A stretch of 64,000 nucleotides of DNA from Basidiobolus meristosporus CBS 931.73 (lineage: Eukaryota; Fungi; Basidiobolomycota). Numbering within the stretch: position 1 is the first letter of the stretch; each line of letters opens with the position of its first letter. The position numbers and the translations under genes were made by a program. Where the stretch lies: positions 1 to 64,000 of the forward strand of contig MCFE01000059.1 in the NCBI GenBank assembly GCA_002104905.1, read 5' to 3'. The notes under the pieces are model-generated. The model searched no databases. It saw only the letters and a list, made by a program, of their open reading frames with translations, and was not told where the DNA came from. This document shows positions 27,291-40,837 of this stretch, one piece after another.

Positions 27291-29496
27291 GTACCCAATG
27301 ACCATATCGATCATCTTTCACCAGATCATTTAGTGTAAGTACTCACGACCAAATACATTTCACTGCATAACATACTTTACATCCCCAAAGCCTCCCCTCG
27401 CTCTGTAATACATATGATCATTGCTATGATAATAATTTATTTTGAACACCCCGAGTTGGCCCTGTGTATTCATAATCAGCACTCAATACACGACCCGAAA
27501 GGTTTACTTCTGCCTGCAAGAGACCTTACCATTGTTATTTTTAATAATTTGAGGCAAGTGGCTGTGAGTCACGCCCACATACCCAGCATATTAATTTGGA
27601 CGGTACCTACCGCATTCACCGGGACATATTTTTACCAGGCGGCTTTGGTAGTGCACTTGTTTACCGCAACCTTCGTAATAATGATTTAGTTGAATACTAA
27701 ATAAAGAATGGTTGATTTTACCATCGTATTTGACGTGCCCAGCCGTAAGCTAACCCCTAATATTACCAAATGGTATCTATATATATACACCAACATATAA
27801 CCATGACCAAATCACCAAGGAAATCCCTGATGCTTATTGCCAACTTGATGCATTGCGAGCAGAGCCCTCCAGCCCCAAACTCCTAGAATCAGAGTAAATA
27901 CATATATATTAAGCAAGATGAGGTTGACTTTAAGAGTCCAGGAACCAAGGCATCTCAAATAGAATGGTATGATGCAACGTTGTGTAAAATGACTGATTGT
28001 GGCTTTAGCGGGAACTTTCCGGAATGATATATAATCAATCCCTCTATATGAGAATGCATATATGTTACTTATAAGTAGTGAGCCTCGAACCAATAAAACT
28101 CCAGGGCTAAACTTTATGCCTCGAGAGGCACCAGAATTGATTTAGAAATTTGATACTATTCTTCGAGCCTGAAAGTAAAACATCACAATCACCACGTGAG
28201 GTACATTAACCTGAAAGGAATTCAGCTATTATACACATCACAACCCTAGGATCCATTTTACGCAAGCACATCTGTATGTTTCAAAAAAAAAAAAGCCTCA
28301 GATTCCAAAACATCTCCAATAAGTATATGGGGAATTATCGTTCCTGTCAGTTGATCGACTCGAGTCTTTCTTAATGCGGTGAGTCCTCAAATCACTACTT
28401 GTAATCCCTCAAGTAACGAGTATGAAACAACACTAGAAACCACTCTTTTCCTTTTTCACTTTTAATGTGCACTCAACGGGATAACTATTAAAAGGATTCA
28501 GAGCTAACGATCGAGCTAACCACCCTTGTACCTTGTAGAAACTGTTCTACAAAATATTAATAAGCTGATCACAGCGCACCGAATGCAGCCAGAATGGCTG
28601 CAAGTGTACACTCAAATATAGCAAACCATATGACATAGTATCGACCTACTTTTGCGCCTCGTACTCTGATCCCGATTTTCCCATCCGATGGCAACCGGAT
28701 GGGACTAATTTCCAAATTAATGCCTGCACAGTATGTGTTTACCTTTTATTCATGACGGTGCCTGTGTAGTTGGTTTGAATTTGGTATAGTGGTGGAGACT
28801 TTGCTCTGGTTCATGGGAACGAAAAAATCCCAGAGGCCTGATTCCGATCTAGCTAATACGATTAGTCTAAAATCGATCAGTGGCCTGTAAACCTGCTACT
28901 CTTGTTAGGGGATGTAATCTAAAGTTTGACAATTTGGTTTATACTATACCTTTTTGAGACGGGATTTAATTCTGAACGCGTGAACGCGCGTCCCCTAATG
29001 ATTGTTGGATGGTACGCTAAAATTGGTACTGATGAGGCGAGTTAATAATGCTACACAAGCACCAGCTGATTGGACCCATATTCAGACTTGGCTTGAGGTA
29101 CAACAATGCGCGATTGGGCTCTTGGATGACTGCTTTGCTCTACACAACACCAACGGTTTGGATTTTTGTACTTCCGCTTCGAAGATATTCGAGGTTCGAC
29201 CTCTCATGATTACAACTTTATTACTGAAAAACTCTATTCACGAAAGAGATCATTAGCTGATTACACCGAAACAATCTATTGAAGTATTAACAGGTTTGAA
29301 GATTGAACGAATACTGGAGTTTTGCAAGTATTAAACAACAAAATACAGAAACTGAAAATCAATTGAACTTTGGGAAAGAATGAGGAATACAAGTCGACCG
29401 TGTATGAAAGAGGGGAACCGAATGGATGGAAGTCAGTAGATGATTGTGAGCTGTATACATAAATTTCGCGAGTGTTCGCAAAGCTAGAGACCATCG

Positions 29497-30220
29497 TTAC
29501 TGCTTTTCGTCCGATTCGTTCTCCTTCTTTTTATCTAGCTCGGCGATCTCAGCTGCAGTCAGAAATCTGCCACCCGGCCCTCTTGGTCGTCTCATAGCGT
29601 GACGATGACGAGACTCGTGTAGATACGGCTGGTAACATAACCCAGTTAGCGCCATTCGATCAACAATACGACGAGACAGCAGAATTACCTTTCTACTTTT
29701 CTGAATGCGGTGCTTCTCCTCTAGCTTGGCTCGAGCGGCTCTCCGCTTCAAGATACGGTGATATTGTTTGGCATTAACATATAGTGGGTCATCTTCTCCT
29801 GCAGTAACCACCTCGTTGGGCAACGGTACACGATACATGGCGTTTGGTATGGCAGCGGCAGGTGCTGTAGTGGGAAGAATCTGTGGTTTTGTATGCGTAA
29901 GTTTTTGCCACTGTAAGTGAGGTGCTTGTTCACTTACTACGTTATTGTATGCTGCTGTATAATTTAAGTGTCTAGGAGAATTGTATTGCTGAACCGAAGG
30001 GGTTGTGCTTGTCTTTTGAATATCACCCTGAAGGAGCAGTTAGTTAGGATTACTCTCAACAACCATTAGATAGTATACACACTTGTACAAGTAGCGGGTC
30101 TGGGACTTGGGGTAGACCCGCCGGAACGGTATTGTGATGCATGGCCATCCCGTAAGCTGAGAAGTCCTGGACATATGGGTTGTGCAGAAGGTGAGGCTGG
30201 GAGTGGTGTTCTTCCATCAT
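29497..30220 (-). CDS. HAP2: CCAAT-binding factor subunit HAP2/NF-YA
   Basis: PLYVNAKQYHRILKRRAARAKLE followed, across an intron, by KPYLHESRHRHAMRRPRGPGGRFLT. Start MMEEHH at 30220. Confidence 0.95.
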
Positions 30221-31263
30221 TTTGATGATGCTTAGATTGGAATATTGGTATAGCTTGTTGGCAGCAGTTGAATGATAATTGAGTGTATCGGGGCTTCTTG
30301 TCAAACGCAGTCAATGATTCTCAAATTAATAGGTGATGAGAGATTTGTTATAAGAATTAAAAACCAAAGCGAATTGAAGATTGGATGTGAACAAAAAACT
30401 GAAAATTTCCATCTACACCATTGACAGGATCCTACCACTATTTAGCTATTTTGGTAGATACCGTCTCCGAGCTGTTTTTTTGATGATCCAGAAAATCCGA
30501 ACTGCTCAAACCTGACATCAGTTATATTGAGGATAGTATGAAATTTAATTCAAAGGCGCAACAACACAAATATTAACATGGTTCCATTGAATTACCAAAA
30601 GAAGTTTAAAATATTGCAAAGTATAAATTATGTAGTTATCAATTCGATTTGGTGTGTAGGAAGTAATCGAAGTGCCATATCATGCTGGAGCCAAATCTTG
30701 GATCCATATATATTACTATCGTACTTTTGAATCATGAACTAAGTATCGCAATGCTTATTCCGTTATTATAGTTCCGTGGATAGAATCAGGTGACGCCCAG
30801 TGAGGTATGTTCTAGAATGGTGGTCATCAATTTAGAAATGATCGATATCATAAGAATAAATTGGATCAATTTGAAATATCTCGTGAGCAAATAAATATAG
30901 CCATCCCTTTACTAAATAGTACTGCGAAATAGAACGTTCTGCTGTCGAATATTACTTCTATATCTTGCAAGAGATAAAAGATGTTCCGGATCAATGATCA
31001 GACATGTGTCATTGAATGAGTAGTTTACAAGCATAAAAAGCCAAGAACCATACTGTTCCTAATCTGGGCACATGGGGTCATACTTGTTACGATTTGTGCT
31101 ATTCTTGTATATTGTTCTGAAAGCCCGCAGCCCACCATGTAGGTACTCATCGAAATCGGGCAACAAAACATGAGTCATTAATAGCTAAAAGTAATCAGAT
31201 ACAAGTAATGTTTATTTAACTGATGATATACGGTGGATATATCATTTGATGTACTCATGAAAG

Positions 31264-31988
31264 TTAAGCGAGAAGGGCGTCCTTTTTGGCTTGGATGCGT
31301 TCAGCACGACGATCACGAGCAGCCTTGGCCTTGACACGGTGAGCCTCAGCTTGATCAGCGATGAGCTTAGCTCTAAGCTTCTCAGCCTTGGCCTTGTGAA
31401 TGAATTCCATCAAGACACGCTTGTTCTTGAACACATTACCCTTGGATTTCATGTACAAGGAATGATACAAATGCTTATCAATTTTGCCGGCCTCACGGTA
31501 CTTTCTCAACATACGTCTCAAGACACGTTGACGGCGCATCCAGAGGACTTGGGTGGGCATACGTGCCTCAGCAGTACCTCTACGCTTACCGGTACCGGTG
31601 TGGCGACCCTTGCGCTTAGCAGCAAGCTTTTCACGAACTCTGAAGCGAGAGTGAACAACTTGTGGCTTCTTGATGATTAATCCATCCTTAATAAGCTTTC
31701 TGATATTTTGACCTAAGCATAGTTCGTCATTGTGTGTTGCTTAAAGCTCAGGGATTCTGATAGACTTACGAGAGTTGGCGTTGGCAATTTCACTGACTTC
31801 GTTAGGATCAATCCAAACCTTCCTTTTACCGCACTTAAGAACACTGGCGGCCAAACGTTTTTGACTGCTCAAAGAAACCCTATATATAGTCGATACGATG
31901 GATGAATCATTGATCAGTATCGATTGCTTTTACAGTGGTCGACAATACACCGGGCATTCTCATACACTAAATCCACGTTTACTCACAT
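31264..31988 (-). CDS. RPL19: 60S ribosomal protein L19 (eL19)
   Basis: [32 protein letters not shown] and [18 protein letters not shown]...[16 protein letters not shown]. The start codon is split AT|G by intron 1. Confidence 0.97.
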
Positions 31989-33096
31989 TTTTAATGTCAC
32001 CCGTCAGGATAAAGAGAAGAGAAGGAAAACGAAGTTCCCTAACGACATTTTTAATCAACGCCCCAGGATCCAATCATTGAGGAAGTTTTCATGAAACTTT
32101 TCCAACTTGACACACTGGGCCGAATTGCCGAAAGAGTATCCGATCGGCCCATTCCGGTCGGCGATAGGTAACGTCAGGTCTGAAATATCGGCCACAATGC
32201 AACATGTAGGAAGTGGTGCAAATTGTGTCTCAATCGTTGTCCTTCAACTTCATGTGCGAATCCTAATCTCGACGCGGTTCCCTTGCGCCGTATCAGTCAG
32301 CTTAGCCTGGATAAACGGCTATAGGAGGAGTTGAATCAGATTACCTACTGCGGCAACGCCTGGCCTGAGGTCGGGATATGCAACCACGCTGGAATTCAAT
32401 GGGAACGGAATTTTGCGTCATGATAGGCAATCATTGCGAAGATGAATCCCAGTCGAGCCCAAGTTGATATTGATCGCTGGGAAGTTTTGCCCTTTGCTGC
32501 GGACACAAGATCACAAGTAAAACTCAGAGGCTAGTATCTTTTAAAACCTGTTAGCCCCCATGCTGCTACAATTAGGGGCACTACAATCAAGGGCACTCAA
32601 ATGGTTATCTAAGTGTAGCTAGTCATAGGTAGTATGACTGGCTTAGACAAGATCCCATTCATCAGATTTTAGAACTCAGGATAATCACATTTGAATCACA
32701 ACATATTGGAAGTTGACTTATCTTCAACACATCGAAAGTCACGGTCATGAGCAATATCCAATTGATTCCTGGTTCTCAGTAGGACAAATATCACCAAGAG
32801 AGAATAGTAGAATAATGGCCATTCTTCCATTGTCATTGGCCCCCCGGTGTTGCACATGATTAGGTCCAATTAAATAAATTTTTCCTTAGTCTATTCGTTT
32901 CCAATACGGCCCCATTGAATTATTAAGTCTACCATTCATCTCAAATTTTCCAATTCACATTTCGTAATAGTATTCTCTTCGTTGCCCATCTCTTCTGGCA
33001 TATCTTCCCTTTGGCTATAGAACTGTCATATAGGTTTTCTTAGCATTTTAATCGTTCTGTCACTTTTTGAAACTAGTCACACACTTCGATTCTCAG

Positions 33097-34540
33097 ATGA
33101 ATGATAGTCTGGCCTACCAACTTCAAAGCGCCCAAAATGATCCCGAGGTGCAGAAGCTATTGGAAGCAGCCATTTCACACAATCGTTTAAGTAAAATTGA
33201 GGACATATTAAAAAGAAAGAATGACACCGATGTCCAAAAAATCCCTGCCAAACACAATCGTATGTATAGATTGCTATCAAGGGTAATCTCTACGTCAAGT
33301 TCCTTTCTAACCTTTGTTGCAGATCAGTCGGAGAAATCGGAGAGCCCTGTAGAATCTCCCGAAGGTCTGATTGTTGCTTAAATGCCTGATCCTTCTTTCC
33401 CTGCCTTACTAACGTTATCCGCTAGCAGATGGTTCCAAGCCAACGCCAAAAAAGGCCGGTAGAAAGCCTTTAACCACTATGCCCGCCGATGTATGCGTTT
33501 TTCCCACATGAGGTGTTCATCAAGCTTGACTGACATTTTTTACTCAGAAACGCAAAGCCCAAAACCGTGCAGCTCAAAGGGCGTTCCGGGAGCGCAAAGA
33601 CAAATATGTCAAGGAGCTAGAGGATAAAGTCAAGGAGCTTGAAGACAGTAACGAAAAAAATCAGGAAGAAAACGAAAAGCTTCGCAAGCTTCTGGAAGAA
33701 GTCAAAAACGAGAACCACTTGCTGAAGGAGAACTTCACCTTCCAACCACCCGTCAACGCGTTGGACAACATCCCCACTCTAACAGATCTCCTCAAGGGTA
33801 GCAACCTGCCGGTCGACTCCTCCATTTTTAGCCCCAACATGTTCCCTTGGACCCCGAACTCCATTTCCGGCAAGACCAATTTTGCCGGTGGATCAGAGTC
33901 ACCTGAGAACCAGGGACTGAGCCCAAGCGATGACACATCTTCCCCTCACGCACTATCCTCATACGCAGCCACCCCCGAGATAGCAAATATAGGAATGGCC
34001 AGTTCACAATCGGTATTGTCGACATCTTCGATGAGCCATGCGAACTTCTTCGCCCCTATTGGTGAGGTTGTGGGTGATCCATTGATTACTGCCGAGAGCC
34101 TAGAGGCCTCCGAAGTGTTTGTCACCAACGAAAGCAGCAGTGGACTTGATTTCCCAGTCGGTCTATCGGATTATAGAGACGTAACCAATATACTGTTCGA
34201 CGAGAGTCTAACCGGCGATTTGGCTGCCCTGCCATCCTTCTTCGAGGACAGCTGGAAAGATGAGTACGAAGGCGAGTCCTTATTCAGCCCATTACAAAAT
34301 GTACCTCATGGTGCCGGCGAAGGTGATCAGTTTGCCAATATCCCCGACGGCCAGAGCACAGAGGAGGACAAACAGTCGGATGCTCACATAAGTTTAGAGG
34401 ACTGCAAGGTACTGGAGTATGGTAGCTTACCCTTCGACTTCGACATCAACGATCTTTGCGAGGAGTTGCGTAAGAAGGCTACTTGTTCTGGTCGCATGCC
34501 ATGTCCCGAAAAAAAATCCGAACAGGTGGCACAGCTATGA
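33097..34540 (+). CDS. YAP1: YAP1/Pap1-like redox-regulated bZIP transcription factor
   Basis: KKAGRKPLTT...KRKAQNRAAQRAFRERKDKYVKELEDKV basic zipper and C-terminal Cys-rich domain FDINDLCEELRKKATCSG. Three introns. Confidence 0.9.
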
Positions 34541-35379
34541 AGTCCCGTTTCTTTTGAAAAGAGAGCAATCATATCAAGTCTCTGGTACAAGTCAGGTACA
34601 TCACGAACTTCTCGTAGAATGCGGAAACCATACTGATGTAGCGTCCATTTAGCATACATTTCCTTACATCTCGGCGCTCGAGTCATTTTTTGGTAGGGAT
34701 GAAGCATATATATCATAATACACATCATTGTATGGAAGCGATATGTAGGTCAATTCAGAACAATCCAAGGACTACTTTTTCTCTTTTCTCGGTTGACTTT
34801 GAGTGATAGTTTATTAGCGTATTCGAGTGTGTCCCATTATTTCAGTTAGCACAATATTGGTTATTCTTTAAATGATGTCCTTGTTCCTAAAATTTTCATT
34901 ACCCTCATAATCCGACAATCTACCTGATAAACTGGCTAGTTTCTCCTATTAACCTGTCGACTGTTGCAGTGATTCAAGGTTTAGTGGGTATGAGTTGTGT
35001 CAAGTTCGCCTGATCATCGCTCTATTCTTCAATGTACTACGTGACGGTTGGTTTTTAAAGTCACTAACAAGTAAATAAACACGACAAAACCATCTCCTCT
35101 AGGCTGCTATGCCTGGCCTAGTGCGGCTCAGGGGTGTAGGCCGGGGCATCGCTCAAAGTTTACGGCTTGTCAAATAAAATGTTTAATTACTTATCACTCA
35201 ACTGAAAGCTAGTTAGCTATAGAACTATACGACAACCCAGAATGAATCATCAATAAATACGAGGAATGAAAATATTAATGTGGTATAGCAGCCGAGAAAG
35301 GGGACAGGGAGGGAAGGGGTGGGGTGGCAAAAATAATCTACAAAATATGACAAGGACAAGCGATATATGATTTGTGTAA

Positions 35380-36173
35380 TTATAGATCAACGTACACCTT
35401 CGCTCGCTTTCTATTACGGTACATCACATCAGGTTCGTCAATAATTGCACGAGTCAGGCAGCGAGTAGAAGATACTAACTTGTCGTCGGAGCTAGGCGAG
35501 GTGTCTCTGGGCCGGCGGATTCCTTGTTCATCTGCTCTTTGGATTGGGGCACAACGGGCTCTATAGATCGATTCGTACGCCTGTGTCAAAGGGAAAGGCG
35601 GTTGTTAGGGATCGTAGAGAGGTAGCCATAAGACAGTGCGGAAATAACCTTCAGTTGATTTTTGAAGTTGTCGTTGGGGTTGATGCAAAACCGTTTACTC
35701 TGAACATAGTTGAAGGCTATTTGGTAGCTTAACCCCATAGATTCCATAACGTAAGCGACCACAAAAGCGGGTGCACGAGATATGCCGCTTTCGCAATGAA
35801 TCAACACTCTCCCACCCTCAGCGATTGCTTGATCGATAAAGCTCTTGACTGTCGGAAATTGTTTGATGAGGTTTTGAAGGGTATCATCTGAAACCTCAAT
35901 AAGCAGGTATTTTAGTTGTTCAGGAAAGTAAGGTCTCATGAAAAATGCTTCGTCTACGCTGCGAAGACACACGATATGAGTGATTTGGTTTTGCGTTAGT
36001 GTAGGCAAAGACTTGGCTACTGAACACGGCCCTAAATACAATCTTGGCAGAATTTCCTGCATTTCACGGCGCATTTCATAGCGCCATTCAGGGACCTCGT
36101 TGAAATCCTGAACAAAAGATTAGAACCAAGGACACGAGAAATACGATAAATCAGAAGAGAGTACCAAATCCAT
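35380..36173 (-). CDS. STYX: STYX-family dual-specificity phosphatase
   Basis: EWRYEMRREMQEILPRLYLGP and KRFCINPN...QLK|AYESIY match recalled STYX signatures. Active-site loop reads VLIHCESGISRA. Confidence 0.85.
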
Positions 36174-38216
36174 CTAAGAGATTCTTGATAGAAACCAGAA
36201 GAAAAAGAGACAATATGCAGCTGAAAGTTTATGAACAATCCTACTCCCCAGAGAATTACCAGGAAGTAACACATGAGCAGACATTTGATTTCGAGGTTAG
36301 TTTGATCGATTCACTGGGTTAATTCCAACATTCCAAATGGAAAATGTCCATTTTTTGGGATGAACTAGGCACAATTAGTGTATTATTTGTGGCTAAATGG
36401 AACTGATGTGTAGAGCTTATTATCGAGCACGTTATATCGTCTAAGCTGATTCGTATACCACAACCAAATTTACCTACTGACTTGTGTTCGAGCGTTTTCG
36501 ATATCGAGTGCGTCTCCTCAATACAATGTATTACAATAAGCAAGAATCACTCTCCACAGCCCTTCATAAAGAGGAAAAGTGTCTGGTAGGCTGAAAATAT
36601 GTGCACCTTATCGTGCGTTAAGATTGTCTTTAACGCTTATTTGAAAGTCCAGGGAACTAGAATGGCTATTGGACACTCAGCTAGAGCCTACACTACAGCT
36701 AATCAAAGAACATCTTGAGGTAGGGTGGAGGTGATTCTATGCCCTTTGAAACGTGCTTGACAGAGATTTGCGTCCTATTTCAGAAAGCTCGTGAGGTTCG
36801 CGTGGCTGCTTCAGAAGGTGAGTTAAAATTAGCAAGTGCTGCATCAGGTCGGCAAAGAGCAACAGCGTATACTGATTGTCTATTGGAAATCAGTGGATAC
36901 ACCAGTAAATACTCTAGCGTTATCTTCTACGAAGTATACACATATCGTGCACGTATTTTCCTCAACATAGTGAACCTTTCAGCTTTGAATGATTAGTAGT
37001 GACGCGTTGAAGGGTTTTGTCAAAATCTCCGGATTCCAGCTCCGTAGGGCGGTAGGCTAGTGATTCGCCTTCTCGACGGCGGGTCCCTTCAGGTTTAACA
37101 TATTTACTCCAGGACCTACAAATCCGACTACCTGGCTTTAACAAAGGTCATCTGTTCCAGTGTTCACTTCAACCCACAAAGCCCTATACCTTAGAACAGG
37201 TGAGGTTCCGTGTAAGTTGAGCATAAAACCAATCCAGCTAATTACACTACATCAGATCCAAACTTCATATAATTATTTGGAGCTTGCTTGGGAGGAACTA
37301 GAGTTCGGAAGGTTTCCGAGGTACAAAGATGCCGTGAAGAATGTATTGTCTAAATTGGTGCTGCCACTTTTACATCCTTTGAAGCTAACTTGCTATGGAA
37401 TAGCATTTAGAAAGCATCCTTGACCTGATCAACAAAGGGATCGAATCGTTGAATAGATTGGACGAAGAGAAGCTCTTTCCGAACAGGGTCTGCGACCCGA
37501 AGGTATCATCGTTTGAGCATCGACATCTGGACATACTGACCAATACTGAGCCATGGCTACCCTTTATATTTCTGCTAGATGTTCCAACCCGAACTACCTT
37601 CCGACATTGTTGTTCAGTTCTATATCAAAGGAAGCGCTGTTGTAGCGAACGCCCTGATCATTCAACTCCACCAAAGCATGCCTTCAAGCACTGGCATCTT
37701 GCGAAAGAAAAACACCCACAAAATCAAGTAAGCTGACAAGCCGAGCCGGATAGTCACATCGTACTAACATCCTGCCAGTGAATTCAAAGGAATGTATGCT
37801 GAAATCACTGGTGAAATTACGGTCGAAACACACTGTCCCTCACTTGCCATTGCTCTGAATGGCCTGACACAAGCCGCCAACACATGCCATGAATTCCTTA
37901 CCAAGCTTTCAATGTTCGAGTAGCTTCAAGGCATTCCTCAGGGGCTTACCATCCACTCATCCATTCGCTGGCTGTTTTGATTAAACTAAACTATTTATTT
38001 GATCGAAATAGTGTAGGTAGTTAAAGTTTGTTAATGAATTATACATAGGTTTAGTGGATTCAATAAAATAACCACTTTTGGACCCCAGCCAGAGTCCAAT
38101 ATGAATGATCACTGCGAATGTCTATGTCCTCGTCGTTGGGTTGAAGTAACTGGAGACTTGTAAGGCTGTGCAATCAATGATATAATGCAAATGAATGGTC
38201 ATGATGATGAACTGGA

Positions 38217-39612
38217 TTATATGGCTGCGGAGGAATCAATGGCTTGAGCTCTTTGCTTCTTGAGAATGTTGGTGATGTAGAATTCACCAGCTTTGTAAGA
38301 TGAGCGGACAAGAGGTCCACTAGCGACGTACTTGAATCCTAGCTCCTCACCAACCTTGGCCCAATGATCGAATTTCTCTGGGGTAACGTACTCGGTCACC
38401 TTCATGTGTCTCTTGGTGGGACGCATGTACTGGCCCAGAGTCAAACAATCAACATCAACGGCACGGAGGTCTAGTGAAATCAGTTAGGTCGATAAACAAC
38501 ACCTACAGGCAGCTCGGAAGTACTTACCTTTCATGGTTTGAAGAACCTCTTCGTCGGTTTCGCCAAGTCCTAACATGATCGAAGTCTTGGTGAAAAGAGT
38601 GGGGACGGTTTTCTTCGCATGCTCCAGCACAGCAAGTGACTGTCTATATTTGGCGCGACGATCACGAACGTAGGGAGTGAGTCCTTCGACAGTCTCCATG
38701 TTGTGCGCATAAACATCGAGTCCGGATTTGGCGACGATCGCAACATGATCCAAGTTTCCAAGAAAATCCCCGGTTAAACACTCCACAAGAATATGGGAGG
38801 CTTTCTCTTTGATCTTTTTGATGGTGCTGGCGAAATGCTCTGCTCCACTGTCTGGAAGATCGTCACGATCAACAGAGGTCAGCACAACGTAATCCAGACC
38901 CCATTTGCTGATGGCTTCCGCCGTGTTTTCTGGTTCGTTAATATCCAACGCTTTGGGCTTGCGATTTGTCTTGACGGAGCAGAAACGACATCCACGAGTG
39001 CACTCGTCACCCATTAACTATACAATGGATGTATGTGAGTCGTGTGTACGTTTTCGGGAGGCATTCCCAGTTGACTTACCATAATGGTAGCGGTAGCAGT
39101 TTGGTGCTCACCACCACCCCAACAGTCTCCGATATTAGGGCATCTGGCCTCTTCGCAAACAGTGTGCAGCTTGAGATCGCGCAAGTTCTTCTTGATGTTA
39201 GTGAAATTGCTTCCCACCGGGATCTCGGTCTTCAACCAGGGTGGCAGTCTTTGCTTTCTATAGGTATCGGGAAGGGTTACTAACAAGGTATGAGGGTTCA
39301 CTAGAGCGTGTGCCATACGGTTTTTTAACTCCAGTTGTCTTTACGGGCTCCTTCAGTTCAAAAGCTTCTTCGGCAGACATTTTGGAAGAGCTGTTGATGA
39401 AATCGCCAAGCGACGGACCATCACGAAGTTTCTCGGAGAAGTTGCTGAGTGCTGGCGCCTGCTTAGTGGTAGCAAGGGTGCGCACCTGACCCTAATCCCA
39501 TTCACAGAAAGGTTAATATTATAAGGGAGGGGCGCACGATTTTACGTGTATTGAGTACCCTGAGGGAACGGCCCAAGCCTGCAAAAGTTGCTTTGTTCAG
39601 AAGGCGAGACAT
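38217..39612 (-). CDS. LIP5: Mitochondrial lipoyl synthase
   Basis: [12 protein letters not shown], radical-SAM [22 protein letters not shown] and GPLVRSSY. Presequence [18 protein letters not shown]. Confidence 0.97.
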
Positions 39613-40576
39613 GTGGGAAAGTATATCGATAGAAAGCAAGCTCCAAACGTAGCTTACTCTGGTGGATTGAATTCTTTAAAAATGAGAAAATCTAAGGTAG
39701 GGGTGCAATGATTTTGGGGTGTTAAGGTTGGTTATATTCATCTCATGGTGTAAGCGATATATGACACATAGGACCTATATGTCAATTTCTTAGTGAGGCT
39801 TCGGGTTGGGATTACCATAAGGAATCGCCAAAAGATAATCAACAATTGGTACATGGATCTATCCAATCGACTTGGCCATAGTGACCCTTTTGGACTCCAC
39901 CGCAGTGGCCTATACCAAGCCTTCAAAGAGCAAAGGAATTCAAAATCGTGATAATCTGAGCCTAAGATCCAACATCTCCTCCCCAATCACACTGATTATC
40001 TCCTCCTGATAGGATAATCAAGAAGTGGGTGAGATGAGCACCACTTTATGTAACTTCGTGAGAATTGATTGTTCTCGACATCGATCATTGATAACAGGTA
40101 CAGATCATGAATGCCGCCATGGCTTGAGATCTTTTTTGCAAAACTCTGCACATTGCAGCAGGGATCCAAAGTAGGCAACCCTGGTGACACAGGTCCGATT
40201 CATTCGATTATCAATGATCGTACAAGCGTTGCCTCAGAAATATAATCTTCACCGGACTGGTTTGGTCAGAATCCTGCACTGGCTACATTGGTGATTGGGT
40301 GCTTTGGATGCCTGTGAAGCCCCACTTGCTGAAACTATCTGGGGCCACCATCAATAACCTTGTGGATGGTTAGAGGGGCTTCGAATAGATGATTCGATCA
40401 TCTGATCTATAATTTCATGCTATTCAAGTACATCTGAGTTACCGAGGCGCCCTACGGAAAGGTGGAGCGTTGGATGGCTACCAGTGGTGTGAAAGCCCGA
40501 GATGCCATCCAGCGCTGGGATTCATTGACATGATCTTGCATGTGTTTATTTTTGTAGACTAGGGGAGGCTGAGTTG

Positions 40577-40594
40577 ATATATATATATATATAT
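40577..40594. repeat. (AT)9 microsatellite
   Basis: Direct reading, downstream of the bHLH gene. Confidence 0.8.
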
Positions 40595-40837
40595 AATATG
40601 GGGATGCTTTTGAGCGGCAAAACCTCAACACCCACCAGGATCCCGGTGGTGCGTGTTTCGCGGCATGAACGCAGTAGCTTCATGGTGATGGTATGAGAAG
40701 CAGTATTAGTATAGAGATGGAGTCCAAAATGTAACAGCGGTCGCAAAAATAAAAAAGGCAATGTACTAGGTGGCTTCCCGTGGTATTTCGCAAAACATTA
40801 TCCAAAATGGTGGTTGATGCTGTTGGAAAATGGAGAG

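Noticed and set aside
33097-34540. Possible HapX identity of the bZIP near HAP2
   Set aside because: No Hap4-like motif before the basic region; the C-terminal Cys-rich domain is Yap1/Pap1 type.
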